Shown piece by piece: positions 12,653 to 24,200 of a stretch of DNA of 64,000 nucleotides. Source of the DNA: Fonticula alba ATCC 38817 (Eukaryota > Protista > Nucleariida); the NCBI GenBank assembly GCA_000388065.2, contig KB932209.1. The stretch is one strand, 5' to 3'. The translations under genes were made by a program, and so were the position numbers. Below the pieces are notes generated by a model. It saw only the letters and a list, made by a program, of their open reading frames with translations. It was not told the DNA's origin and searched no databases. Positions within the stretch are counted from its first letter, which is position 1. Every line of letters starts with the position of its first letter.

Positions 12653-14124
12653 CTACTCCGGGAAGAGGCTCCACCGGGTGCGCGCGGCCGAGATGGCCAT
12701 CTCATACAGGAGGAAGTTAATTGCCCCCCGTGGAACGCTGGAGGCCAGCCGAGCGAAGCAGCCCCGGTAGAAGCCCCCGAGGCCGGCCGTACGCCACAGG
12801 TAGCGGACTTGGTGCAGGGCCCCGGTGTTGGGCCGGTGCCGGGGGCCGAGGCTGGCACCGACGGCCCCGGCGCCATTGCCACCCGAGGCCACCTCCATCG
12901 GGCTGCTGTTTGTGGACACGACGCCGGTTTGCACCCGAGCGCGGATGGTATCCACCGGGGCCAGGACCGCGGCCATGACCCCGCCGGCGATGCCGCCGGA
13001 CAGGAGATGGTTCGCGAAGTGGTCCTGGTGGATGGGGAGCGACACGCGGGAGAACTCGCTGACTGCCCACCAGATGGCCGACGCCGGCATGTTGTAGGCA
13101 CAGGACATGAGGGTGCCGCGCCAGAAGCCGAGAATCCCATCCGCCGCATAGATGGATCGGACAACCGACACGCCGGTGGGCAGCGGCCGGGTGGCCGGGT
13201 GGGCGACGGTGCCGGACCCGGCGCCCGGGGTCAGGGCGCTGGGATTGGCGCCCAGCCCGGTGGCCTGGGTGCAAGCTGGCGAGAGCAGATCCCCCGCCTG
13301 CAGGCGCTGGGAAATGATGTCATTGGGATTGGACAACAGGACGCTGGCCATGTCGGCCAGGGCGCCGGAGAAGGCGTGTGCCGCGGCGTCGCCGAGCCGC
13401 GCCCCGGCCCACCCCCGGCGGCCGGGTCGTCGGTCGCCGGGCGCGACGTCAATTCGGTCTTGGTCCAGGTGTAGACATACACATAGACCACCCCGCCCGG
13501 GACATTGCCAATGGCATTCCAGGTGAAGCCCCGAAAGAGGGCGGTCCCCGCACCGCGGGCATACTGCAGCGCGGTCGGGACGTCGGCCAGGGCAGCTCGC
13601 GCCGAGGTGGCCAGGGCGGTCGAAGGCCCGACCAGGGCCGTCGGGCTGCCAGCCAGGGCAGCCAGGCGCCGGGCACCGCCAGCGGTGGCCACGGCCCGCA
13701 GTTCGGCCCACGTGCCGCCCACACGTCGGGCCATCGGGCCGGCCTCGGAGGCGCAGGAGATTTGCTGTCGCGTGCGCACCAAGTCCAGGGGATAGAGCAT
13801 GGCGATTTCGACCGCGCTCAGCACCGCCGAGGCAAAGAGAAACTTGCCCGGGTGTACGCCCTCCCCCAGCGAGCCGGATAGGATGCTCGTCGGGGTGCTG
13901 CCACTGCCTGGTGCCGGGGTGGGGTTTGGATGTGGGCTCGGAGCCGGGGACTGGAATCTGGCGGCCTGCAGGGGGTCGATGGCCGAGCCGAGCCCGGCCA
14001 CCAGGGGGAAGCTCCACCCGGAGGGCGGGGGATCAGTGGCGCCGGGAGGGCGACATGGCAGGGAAGTGGGCTGCTGGGCGAAGGCCGGCGGCGGGCTCGA
14101 TTCAGAGGCCGGAGGGTGGAGCAT
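12653..14124 (-). CDS. Mitochondrial carrier (SLC25), SLC25A44-like; one-base frameshift near 13410; 5' end uncertain (gap 14141-14335)
   Basis: Three carrier signatures: YPLDLVRTRQQ, NPNDIISQRLQ, APVDTIRARVQT. Matching FRGF/FWRG/FYRG motifs, and PASAIWW resembles the SLC25A44 SAVWW motif. Repeat 1 lies in ORF 13231-15144 and repeats 2-3 in ORF 12653-14017. Confidence 0.88.
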
Positions 14125-15566
14125 TCGCTGGTCGGGCACGNNNNNNNNNNNNNNNNNNNNNNNNNNNNNNNNNNNNNNNNNNNNNNNNNNNNNNNNNNNN
14201 NNNNNNNNNNNNNNNNNNNNNNNNNNNNNNNNNNNNNNNNNNNNNNNNNNNNNNNNNNNNNNNNNNNNNNNNNNNNNNNNNNNNNNNNNNNNNNNNNNNN
14301 NNNNNNNNNNNNNNNNGCACAGGGGCGTCAGGGACTCGGGCGGGGTGGGGGTGGTCGCATGCGTGCGCGTGCGCGCCGTAAGTCGGGGGCGAGGGGAGGG
14401 AACCGGGGGGGGGGGGGGAAAAAGGGGGGTGCGGCGAGGGCGGCCGGGTGCATGGCGACTGGGTCCAGCGGCCAGCCCCCTGCGCGGGCCCGGCTGAAGA
14501 GGCTGCCGCGGCGGGCGTGGACGCGTGCTCGGATCGCTCGGTATCGGTGGGATCCTTGGCCACCCCTGCCCCCGGCCGCCGCCGCCTGTTCTTCCCCCCC
14601 CCCCTGGCACATGCTCACCGGGAAGGAGGGAGCATGTGGTGTGCCCGCATGCGGGCGCACGCGCCTCGCCCTCCCGCCGCACGCGCGTGCGTGGGGGGTG
14701 TCGCGCGGCGGGGGGGACTTTTTTTTTCCGATCAGGAGGGAGTTTGCCGGGGTGCCCGCCGTCCCCCCCCCCCCCCCCCCCCCCGTGCCCTTTCCCAGCC
14801 CTCTCCATCCCGGGAGGAGCGAGCCCACTTCGAGCACATGTCGCCCGGCCCCGGGACGAGGTGCCTGGTGTTTGCATGGGCCGGGGGAGGGGAGCGGCGG
14901 GCCGGGCCCGGGCCGTGTGGCCGCCAGTGCAGGGACCGGTGCCAGACCCCGAGCGCCTCGAAGGCCGGCCGGTCGCACCCCCCCCCCCCCCCCCCGGTGC
15001 CGGGGAACCGGGCGCCGGAGATGCGCCGTGTGCCGCGGCGACCGGGACGCTGGCGCGAGGGCCGGCCGTCCATGCGGGGCAAATCCCAATGATCGGCGTA
15101 CCGGCCGGGCGGGAGGCGGGGCGAAAATGCGGGATTTGGGCCATCCCCGGGGGCGAATGCCAACGGAGGCGGGAAACACGTTTTCACATGCGCGATGCGC
15201 CCACCCCGGTCCCCGGGCAGTCGCTAGATCAGCCCGCCAGCCAGGTGCCTACTGTCCCGGTCTCCTGGGCTGCCCACGGCCGGGAAACTGTCGGGCCCGC
15301 CCCCTGGCTGGGGCAGGCCGCCCCGCTGGCATGAGAGCGAGGGAGGGGGGGGGTTGTCCCTCAAGCTGCCCCTCCTCCTCCGGCGGCAGTGCCAGCTCGC
15401 GCGGGGGCTGATCTGAGCCCGCTCCGGTTGGCCCGAGGCGGCCCCGCCCCCACTGGAGCCATTCCACTTGCCATCCTTCCCCCACACGACCCTGTCCTCT
15501 TGCCAGTTTGACTGTTGGCCCGGCTTGGCTTGGCTTTCGGCCTGCTTGTCGATCCGCACCTGCCCG

Positions 15567-17518
15567 ATGTCCTCCCCGCCGCCTTTCCGGTTTCCCCCTT
15601 CACACCGGGGGCCACCGCGCGGCCCCGGGCAGCCGTCGCCCTTCCCGAGCGGCCGGTCGAACTCCACCCCGGCCGACCCGGCCGAGGCTGTCCGCCTGAC
15701 CAATGACGATGCGCAATTCAGCAAACTGTGCGTCCTTCCTCGGCGACCGAGGGCGCTTGTGCCGGCTTGCCTGTGGCCCTCATGCCGGCCCGGATGCTGA
15801 CCGTTCGCCATGGCCCTCTCCCCGTGCTCCTGGTCCCTGGCTGAAGGTCCGCCATGCGCTCTGGCTACTTCATTGACGACTACTTGCCCTTTTTCATGCA
15901 GCCGCTGTCCGGCGATGCCGGCCCCGAGGCGGTGATCTCGACGGCCGAGGGGTCGGCTCGGATCGACCCCGGGTGCGTCCACTCGCGCCTCACCCGGCCG
16001 GCATTTGCCTTGCGGCAGGTGGCCTACCCGGACCGGCGTCCGCCGGTCATCAACCGCGGGACGTACATCCGTGTGAGGCTCTTCGACTGGGCCGTTGAGG
16101 CTTTTCTCCGGCAGCCGGGCGTCGGCCCGGGGTCTCTTCAAGTGGTCAGCATCGGCGCCGGCTTTGACACCCGGCCCTTCTACCTGTCGGTATGTGCACG
16201 GCCGGTGCCTCGCGCGCCCCCCCCCCCCCCCCCCTGCCCGGGGCTCCTGCCCTTCCTGCCACGCCCCGGCCGTCGGGATCTAACCTGCCCCGCCCGGATG
16301 CCCGAAGGCTGGTGCCCGGGAAAACCTCCGCACCTACGTGGAGGTGGACTTCCCGGAGGTGGTCGCGCGCAAGATGGCCGCCATGCAGCAGGCCGACCAC
16401 TTTGCCCAAACCCAGGGCCTGGACTTGCCCTTTGCCTCGGTCTATGGTCCGCTTCACGCGTCTGCCGCTGGTATGTGTCGATCGCTCGCAGGGCCCCGCG
16501 GCCTCTGTGGGCTCGCATCCCCCGCCGATGTGCCTTCCCTCCCCGCCCCGCCCCCTCTGACATGTGATCCTCGTGGCCGGGCGCCACAGATGGCGACCTG
16601 CCATTGAGCTTGACTTCCGAGAAGTATGCCCTGGTGGCGGCGGATGCCGCGGACACGGCGGCCCTTGGACGTGCCCTTTTCGACGTGGCACGTCTCGATC
16701 GCCACCGGCCGACCCTCTTCCTGTTCGAGTGTGTCATGGTGTACATCCGCCCGGCCGCGGCGGATGGCTTGTTTGCCTGGCTGGTGGCCCCCGACACTGG
16801 GTTCAGCTCGGTGGGCATGCTGCTCTTCGAGATGATCGGCGGCGGGGACCACTTTGGCGAGATGATGGTGAAGAATTTGAAGGTGCGCTCCTGGGCTGTC
16901 TCCGTGTCCATTGTCCGCCTCCTGGCCCGTGTCTCACGCTCTGTCCTCTCGCTTCTCGAATGCGGGAATACGTCTGCCCGCCCGGCGGCCTGCCCGCACG
17001 CGCCATTCACCTCCCCCCGGCACACCTCCACCGTGGCCGCCGTGTCGTGGACACAGTCTCGCAACATTCAACTGCCCGGGCTGCTGGATGACCTTGGGGC
17101 ACATCGGGCGCGCCTCCAGCGGGCCGGCTTCCTCCAGACCCCGAGCCGTCGGACTGGCTTTGCCGGGTTCAACCTGCACGAGTTGTTCGCACGGGTGGTC
17201 TCCCGAGCGGAGCTCCGCCGGTTGAATACCCTCGAGCCATTGGACGAGGTGGAGGAGTGGGCCCTCCTCATGTCGCACTATGTCATGTACTGCGGGTATT
17301 CCGAGGCGGAGGCGGCCGGTGCCAAGTCCGCCACGCAGCAGGTCGCCCACCCGTGGGAGGCCTTCCAGCAGCGGTGCTTCGCCCAAGGGTGCCTGGAATC
17401 GCGCAGCATCGACCGAGCGGCGGCCGATCCGGCCCTCGGTCCCATTCCGGGCGGGCGTCTCCCGGACGGCGGCCGGACCGGCGGCCGCCTGTCCTTCCGG
17501 GCCCCGTCGCCGCCGTGA
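15567..17518 (+). CDS. LCMT1: Leucine carboxyl methyltransferase 1 (PP2A methyltransferase, Ppm1 type); 5 exons
   Basis: AVRLTNDDAQFSKL|SAMRSGYFIDDYL, PVINRGTYIRV, QVVSIGAGFDTRPF, YVEVDFPEVVARK, PTLFLFECVMVY, FGEMMVKNL, LEPLDEVEEWALLMSHY. Splice phases checked. No kelch region, so not Ppm2/TYW4. Confidence 0.93.
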
Positions 17519-17677
17519 AGGGGTCCCCGTGTGCGGGGATGGATTTTTGGGCGCGACGCGCGAGCGCGCCCATAACACGCTCCGGCAGGCAATAACACCC
17601 GAGCTGCCACCGCACCCCAGGTTCCCCGTCAAGCCCGAGCTGGGGGTGTCCACCAGGGATGGGGGGCGGGGGGGGGA

Positions 17678-17722
17678 GGCGGGCGGGCGGGCGGGCGGGC
17701 GGGCGGGCGGGCGGGCGGGCGG
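17678..17722. repeat. (GGGC)n tetranucleotide microsatellite in G-rich intergenic DNA
   Basis: About 11 tandem GGGC units read directly. Confidence 0.85.
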
Positions 17723-18376
17723 TGGGCCGAAGCAGGGGATACGGGGTGATTGGGGGCGGGCGAGGGCATGGGGCGCTGGCCCGCCCGGCCCGGCCCGGCG
17801 GCTAGACCAGAAGCGCGCACACATGTAAACATAGAAGCCGGCCATGGGCTGTGGGGGCGCGGCCGAGGGCGCCCCAAAGGGCATCGGCCCGTGGGGGGCG
17901 AGAGAGGCGGGGCATGCCGCGCGGCCTGTCCTCTCCTGGCGCCAGCACAGACACGCGCGCGCGCGCGCGCACGCGCTCGCCCTCACGTCAGGGCAGATGG
18001 CCGGTGCTGGGGGGGGTCAGCGCGCCATGACCGCCCGGGGGGAGCCCCTGCGCGGTGGATGGCTGGGGCGCCGCATCGCAGCGGCTCGGGCGCATCGGGG
18101 TGGCAGGGCGGTATTTTTTATTTTCTTGGGGCGTCAGCCGAATGGGGACGCCGGGGGCAAGTGTTAGCCCGCCTGCCTGGCAGCTCGCCTGCCGGTGGAA
18201 GAACTGGCCCAGCTCGCCCGGGGGGGGGGGGGGCGTGGGCCGGGGGGTGGCCAGGGCTTCCCGGGGCCGACAGAGAGGCAGCACATGATTAGAGCGCCTG
18301 CCTCATGGTTTGTCGCAAGAGGGCAGGGGGATTAGGGGAATGAACGCCCGCCCAGCGACAAGATGGCCCGCTGCCG

Positions 18377-18410
<34 letters not shown>

Positions 18411-19022
18411 CCCCGCCCCGCCGGCCGCTCCCCCCCCCCCCCAACCGCCGGCCGCCGAAGCATCTGCCCGTGAGGGGGCCAGCAGGGTGCCGACCGCCTC
18501 GGTGGGGGGGGGGGGGCAGGAGGCGGGGAGATGATCCATCGCGCACTGGCCAGCCAGCAGGGGACACCCGGCCCAGTGTGTTTCATCTGCCCCGGCGGAT
18601 TGGATCTTTCCAGAGACGGGAGGGCGCGGCGTCCCGTCGTGAGGGGCCACTGGCTGGGGTCGGCGCCTGGGGGCGCTGGCCGGGCCTTCGAGCCCTGCTG
18701 GGCGGCCGGCTGCCGCATCGAGGAGAGCCCGCCGCCACGGCGGCGGTGCGCCCACCCGGCACCCTCAGCCGCCACTCGCCCCCGCTCCCCCCTCCCCCCC
18801 TCCGGCCCGGGGGTGGCGGGGTTGATCGGTTGGCGTGCTGGGGGGCCTTCCCGCCGCGGCCGAGTGACATCCGCCGCCCCCTCCTGCCTTCCTCCTGCTT
18901 TTCAATCGCCCCGCCCTCNNNNNNNNNNNNNNNNNNNNNNNNNNNNNNNNNNNNNNNNNNNNNNNNNNNNNNNNNNNNNNNNNNNNNNNNNNNNNNNNNN
19001 NNNNCCCCCCCCTCGCCCCGCG

Positions 19023-20756
19023 ATGATTATCCGCAAGTATCTTCTCAACACCTGGGTGGCATCCAACATCCTGACCTCCCTAGCCGGGAGCACCTGGCTG
19101 GTCTTGCGCTTCTTGCCGATTCCCCGGGTGGACCGGCTGCCGGCCGCCGCACGCGGCGCCAAGGCCGCCGCGGCTGCCGCCGCCGCCGCCGCCGCCGCCC
19201 AGCCGAAGTTCGACCCGAGCGGGCTCTTCCCCGATGTGGACCCGGTTCCGACGCTGGCCACCTCGGCCGGAGCCGCCGGCGTGACGGCCGCCGCCACCGC
19301 CGGCGCCACCACGTCGTGGTGGATGTCTGCGCTGATTGCCTTCTCCTGGTTTGTGTATGTCCTCTACATTTTGGCTTGCGTTGGGGCGCTGCTCTCCTTT
19401 GCCTCCAGCTCGATCCAAGCCTTCCGGGTATGTTGGTCCCAGCGCCTCGGCCTTCGGCCTGCTTCTGGCTTTCCTCCGGCCGTCCCCCTCTCTTCGGCCT
19501 GGGCCCGCCTCCAAGCGACCGCCGACTGACGCATTGGCCTCCTCCTCCTCCTCCTGCTCCGGGTCCCTCCCTTTCCATTTCCTCCTTTCGCTCGCGGCCC
19601 TGACCTCTGGCCCTCCCCCCCCCCCCCCCTTGCGACAGCCCACCCTGAGCAAGGGCATGCCGGCTGGCGGGCCCTCCCAGCTGGCGCGCATGCTTCTGCG
19701 CGATGAGAAGGTCCAGTATTCGCTGCTGGCTCTGCTGCTGATCATCAAGCCCTTTGACTGTGCGCCCTCGCCATAACCGGCCGCCCGCTCGGCCCTGCGC
19801 CTGCTTGCCCTCTCGCCGGTCACCTTCTAATCCATGCACGCCCCGATTGGCTTGCCCTTCTCTCGATCCGTAGATGGTCTTCTGCCATATGTCATCCTCT
19901 CGCTGTTCCACGTGTCGGACATGCTCCGGTCCTCGACCACCACGCAGATTCCGGCTTTCCTGCTCCAGTACGTCCTGTGGAGCTTCTCGCCCCTTCTTTC
20001 CCTCTCTCCGCCTCCGCCTCCGGCCTTTCGCGCTCGCCTCCAGGACGCATGCCTGTCATGAAGCCGTGTCAGGCCAATTGGCCAATCCCAGGCCCACCTG
20101 TGTCACCCTTGTCCTTTTCTCCTTTCCTCGGCCCGTGCTTCTCCTTCGATGTGCCCTGCTGACCTGCCACAATCCCCCCCCGCCCCCCCCATACACACAC
20201 AGGCAGGCCAAGCGCGTGACTGCCATCTTCGACCAGTACCGCCCGTCGGCCATCGAGTTTGTCACCCTCTATGAGATTCTCCTCATCCCCATCTCCTTCT
20301 TCAGCATCTTCTTGTGCGCTTCCCACTGTCTGATGGCCTGCCACATGGCCGCCGCCTTGATGCTGACGCCCTCCCCCCCCATGCTCCCCTTCCCCCCCTC
20401 CCTCTTCGCTGGCTCTTGCGCGCGCGTGTGCGCCCTTGCATCACAGTGGCACCTCGATCATCTACTTTGCCCTGTACGCGTCGCTCATTGTCTTCCGACT
20501 GCGTAACACCAACCCGGCCCGCAACAAGTCCACTGCCTCCCCGGCGGCCGGACCCGGGACCGGGCCTGGTGGCCGTAGCACCTCCACCCGGGCCTCGGCG
20601 CCCAGTTCCTCCGAGAGCATGGCCCCGCACACCCGCCGCGCGGCGGTCTCCCTCGGGACCAGCATCGATGCCCTGGTGCACCGGACTGCCTGGCTCCCGG
20701 CCCCGGTCCGGTCGACCTACGCCCTTGTTCGGAGCAAGATCCTTGAGATCGTTTAG
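19023..20756 (+). CDS. TMEM33: TMEM33/Pom33-family ER/nuclear-pore membrane protein; about 5 exons
   Basis: Hydrophobic segments with family-like motifs LLRDEKVQYSLLAL, LLPYVILSLFHV, LYEILLIP and IDALVHRTAWLPAPVRSTY..V, joined across C-rich GT-AG introns. Confidence 0.72.
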
Positions 20757-21248
20757 GCCGGCAGGCAAGGTGGTCCTGCCACCACCATGCACGCAGGTGT
20801 GCCCCATTCCGCATGACAGTTCGCCCGCGTGACGGGCCGCCCACTTGCGCCTGTGTGTGGCTCAACGTCGCCATACCTCTCCCCCCCCCCCTCGCCTCTC
20901 TTTTCTGCTTTTCGCTTCGCTTTCTGCATCGGGGCAGCAGACCCCCCCCCCCCCCCCCCTTCCCTCCCCGTGTGCCGCCTTGGAGGAAGTTGTGCTTTAG
21001 ATTTCCACCCTTCTCACCGCTGCCGGCAATACACACCCTAGAGTCCTCCATCCATGGCGCCGGTGGCCGCAGCCATGTCTGCCGCCTGCACGCGCACATC
21101 CCCCCACACTACCATGGAAACACCTCGAGGCGCACGTCTATCAGGAATGGAGAAGGCAGTGGAGGATGAGGGAACAAGGACAGGAAAGATCAGAGAGAGA
21201 GAGAGAGGGAGAGGGAGAGGGAGGAGCGGCCGGTGGCCAAGGTGACAC

Positions 21249-24200
21249 TCAGGTACGCGGACGACGGGTGCCACCGGTGCCCGGTCCCCGGCCCGCCGGC
21301 GAGGACGAGCCGGGCGTCGACACAAGGCGCCGCTTACGAGACTGCTCGCGGGCTGGAGCGGGGGCAGCGTCTTGCTGGGTGCGGCTGCCGGGGGGCGGGT
21401 CCTCCTCGCCCAGTGTCCGGCCAGAGGCCGTCACAGAGGTGGTCTCCTGCAAGTGCCGGGCCTGGCGCGCCTGGCGAGTCTGGCGCCGGGTGGCGGCATT
21501 GAAGGCCTTCTGCCGGGGAGTCAAGTCGGAGGAGGAGGAAGAGGAGGAGGAGGAGGCCGGGCTGGAGGAGGAGGAGGAAGAAATCGAGGCAACGGCGGCG
21601 CCGGCACTGGTGATGACCGCCATCGAGGTGGCCGTCGTCACAACCGAAGTCGAGGTCGAGGTCGAGGTCGAGGTCGAGGTCGAGGTCGAGGTCGAGGTGG
21701 AGGTGGAGGTGGAGGCCACCGAGTCCACCAGCAGCACCGAGACGGGGCCCTTGGCCGAGGTTAGAGTCTCCGACGAGGGGGACTCCTCGGGCGAGGCGCC
21801 GGCCGTCGTCGATGGGGATCCAGCGTCGGCCAGTGTCGAGGCCGTCGAGAGCGAGGGGGATGGGGGGGAGGCACTCTTGCCGGCCGAGACCGACACGCCG
21901 GAAACCGCCCGACCGGAGGCCAGCAGGCTGCTGGCGTGGCGGACCGTGGCACTGCCGGGCAAGTGGCGCCGGGGCCGAGCTGGAGGACCGGTGGCCTCGG
22001 CCACAGCCAGGGCGGCCTCGCGAGACCCGGCCGCGGCATCCACCGATGGCTTGCCCGGGGGAGCACCACTGCCGGGGCCGGTCGGGCTGGGGGCCGCCGC
22101 CGCTGCTGTCGCCGCCGCCGGGGCGGCCACCATTGCCGCCTTGGCCACGACGGCCGCCGCAACGGGAGTCGGCAGCGGGTGGGCCGGGGTCCGGGTGATC
22201 GGCGACCGCGGGGCCGTGTACAGGCGCGTCGAGGGGGGGAAGTGCAGCCGCGCTGGGGCCGGGCTCCGAGCCGAGGTCCTGGTGGGCTGGGGCGAGCCGG
22301 GCAGGGCGAGGGCCGCCGGCCGAGGCGGCTGGGACTGCCGCGCGGCCAGCGGGACCACGGCATCGGGCAGCGCCTCGGCCAGAGCCAGCTGCCGGCGGAG
22401 GAGCTCCTCCTCCGGGGCGGTCGCGGCGGCCGTGGTCGCCGGTGCGCACCCAGCAGCATGGGTGCCATCCGGCAGGTGGAGGACGGTGCGCTCCTCCTCG
22501 CCCTCCTCCTCGGGCTCGTACGCAAAGTTGTCCATGTCCTCGATGGCCGGGAAGGGCACGCGCGAGGGGCCGCCCACCGAGCCGAGGGACAGCCGCGAGG
22601 GGGCAAAGGGCGGCGACTGGGCGCCGCGGAAGACCCCGGCCGCCGGAGCCAGGGCCGCCCGTGCGGAGGGCAGCCCGGCGCCATGCTGCGGCGGCAGGCT
22701 CGGCGACCGCGGGTGCCCGGCGCCATTGATGCTGCCAAGACGCGGCCCGCCCCCAAGCAGATCCACATAGGCGTTGGTGGACTCGCGCGCGTCCATCCGG
22801 TAGGGGCGCAAGTTGCGGAACGTCCGCACCGACATCCGGTCCTGGGCGAAGACATCCGACGTGGTGACCGTGGTGCCGGGGCTGGCCGGCACGCCGGGGC
22901 CCGGGGCCCCGGCCAGCGAAGGGCCCGGCTCGGCGAAGGCCCCCCCCCCGCCGGCCCGGCCCTGGGCCATGCGCTCGTCCAGGTCGTCCAGCTCGTCGCC
23001 GGCCGTGGGATTGGGCCCGCGGCCGGTCGGAGACCCGGCAAAGAGCCCCTGCATGCGCGCCTGCAGGCTGTCGAAGGGGGACATCCGGAAGAAGGGCGGC
23101 GTCAGGGGGAGGAAGTGGGGGTCGGGCTGGCCCGGCGTGGCCGGCGGGCTGGCAACCGGGGGGGTTGTGGCCGCGGTCAGCGCCGCCACCGACATGTCGC
23201 CAGCCGGCACGAGGGCGGTCGACCGGGGCTCGAGGTCGGTGCCGGCGACCGGTGGACTGGGCCCGGCGGCGGTGCCGGCGGCGAGGGCCCCGGCCCCGCG
23301 CGTTGGCCGCCCCGGGCGCCAGGACGTCAGCAGCCTGACCAGGCGGCCAGGGGTGGCGGCGGCGGCGGCCGCCGCCGCCGCGCTGGCCGCCGCACCGAGC
23401 GGCGCCGCCGAGTCGAAGGACACCGGCGGCGCATGCTGCCGGAAGCGCCGGGTCAGGTCCGACAGGATGGTCGGCATGAACTTCGGCGGGTCGGCCCACC
23501 CGAGCCCGGCAAGGCGCCAGTGCCGGCGCCGGGCCCGACGCCGACGCGCCTCCAGCACATTCGACACCCGGGCCTGGACACCCTCCAGCCAGAGGACCGG
23601 CGCCACGAAGATCAGCCAGATGGCCCCGCGCAGCAGGGCCACCAAGGCCCCCATGGCCGCCGAAGCCACGGCCCACGTCCAGTAGGGGGCCCGGCCCAGG
23701 GGATTCCCCGGGCCCAGGGCCCCGCCGGCACCCGGCCCATTGGACCCGGCGGCGCTGGGCCCCCCGCCGGGGGTCCCGGAGAAGAGCCCCTGCCGACAGG
23801 TGGGGCAGTTGAAATGCAGGAAGAGCCACGTCCGCAGGCAGCCACTGTGCGATGTTTCCGACAGAGTGTCAGAACGGGGAACAAAACCATGGCGGCAGAT
23901 GTGCCGGCGAGCGGCAGCCGACGGGCGCATGGCCGGCCGCGAGGGGCACCCTCCTGGGTCGAAAGGAAAAAAAAACGCACTAATGGTAAATGTGCCCACA
24001 CAGAAGGCGCTTGGGGATGTAGAAATCCGGATGCTTTTCCGGGTCATCCTCGGCGCCAGAACCGCCGGTTGGGATGCCGGCCGTGGGGAGGTCGTGGGTG
24101 CTGGCGCCGGCCCCGGCCCCTGGTCCACTGGCTGGGACCTCCTCCTGGATGAGCAGCTCCTCGCGGCAAATGGCACACGGGTCCTCGAAGGCGGCCAGCT

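Noticed and set aside
21166-24152. Overlapping ORFs of 534, 738 and 831 aa around the RING ligase tail, including a (VE)n run
   Set aside because: Alternative or antisense frames in very GC-rich, stop-poor DNA; the VE run is the complement of the ST repeat.
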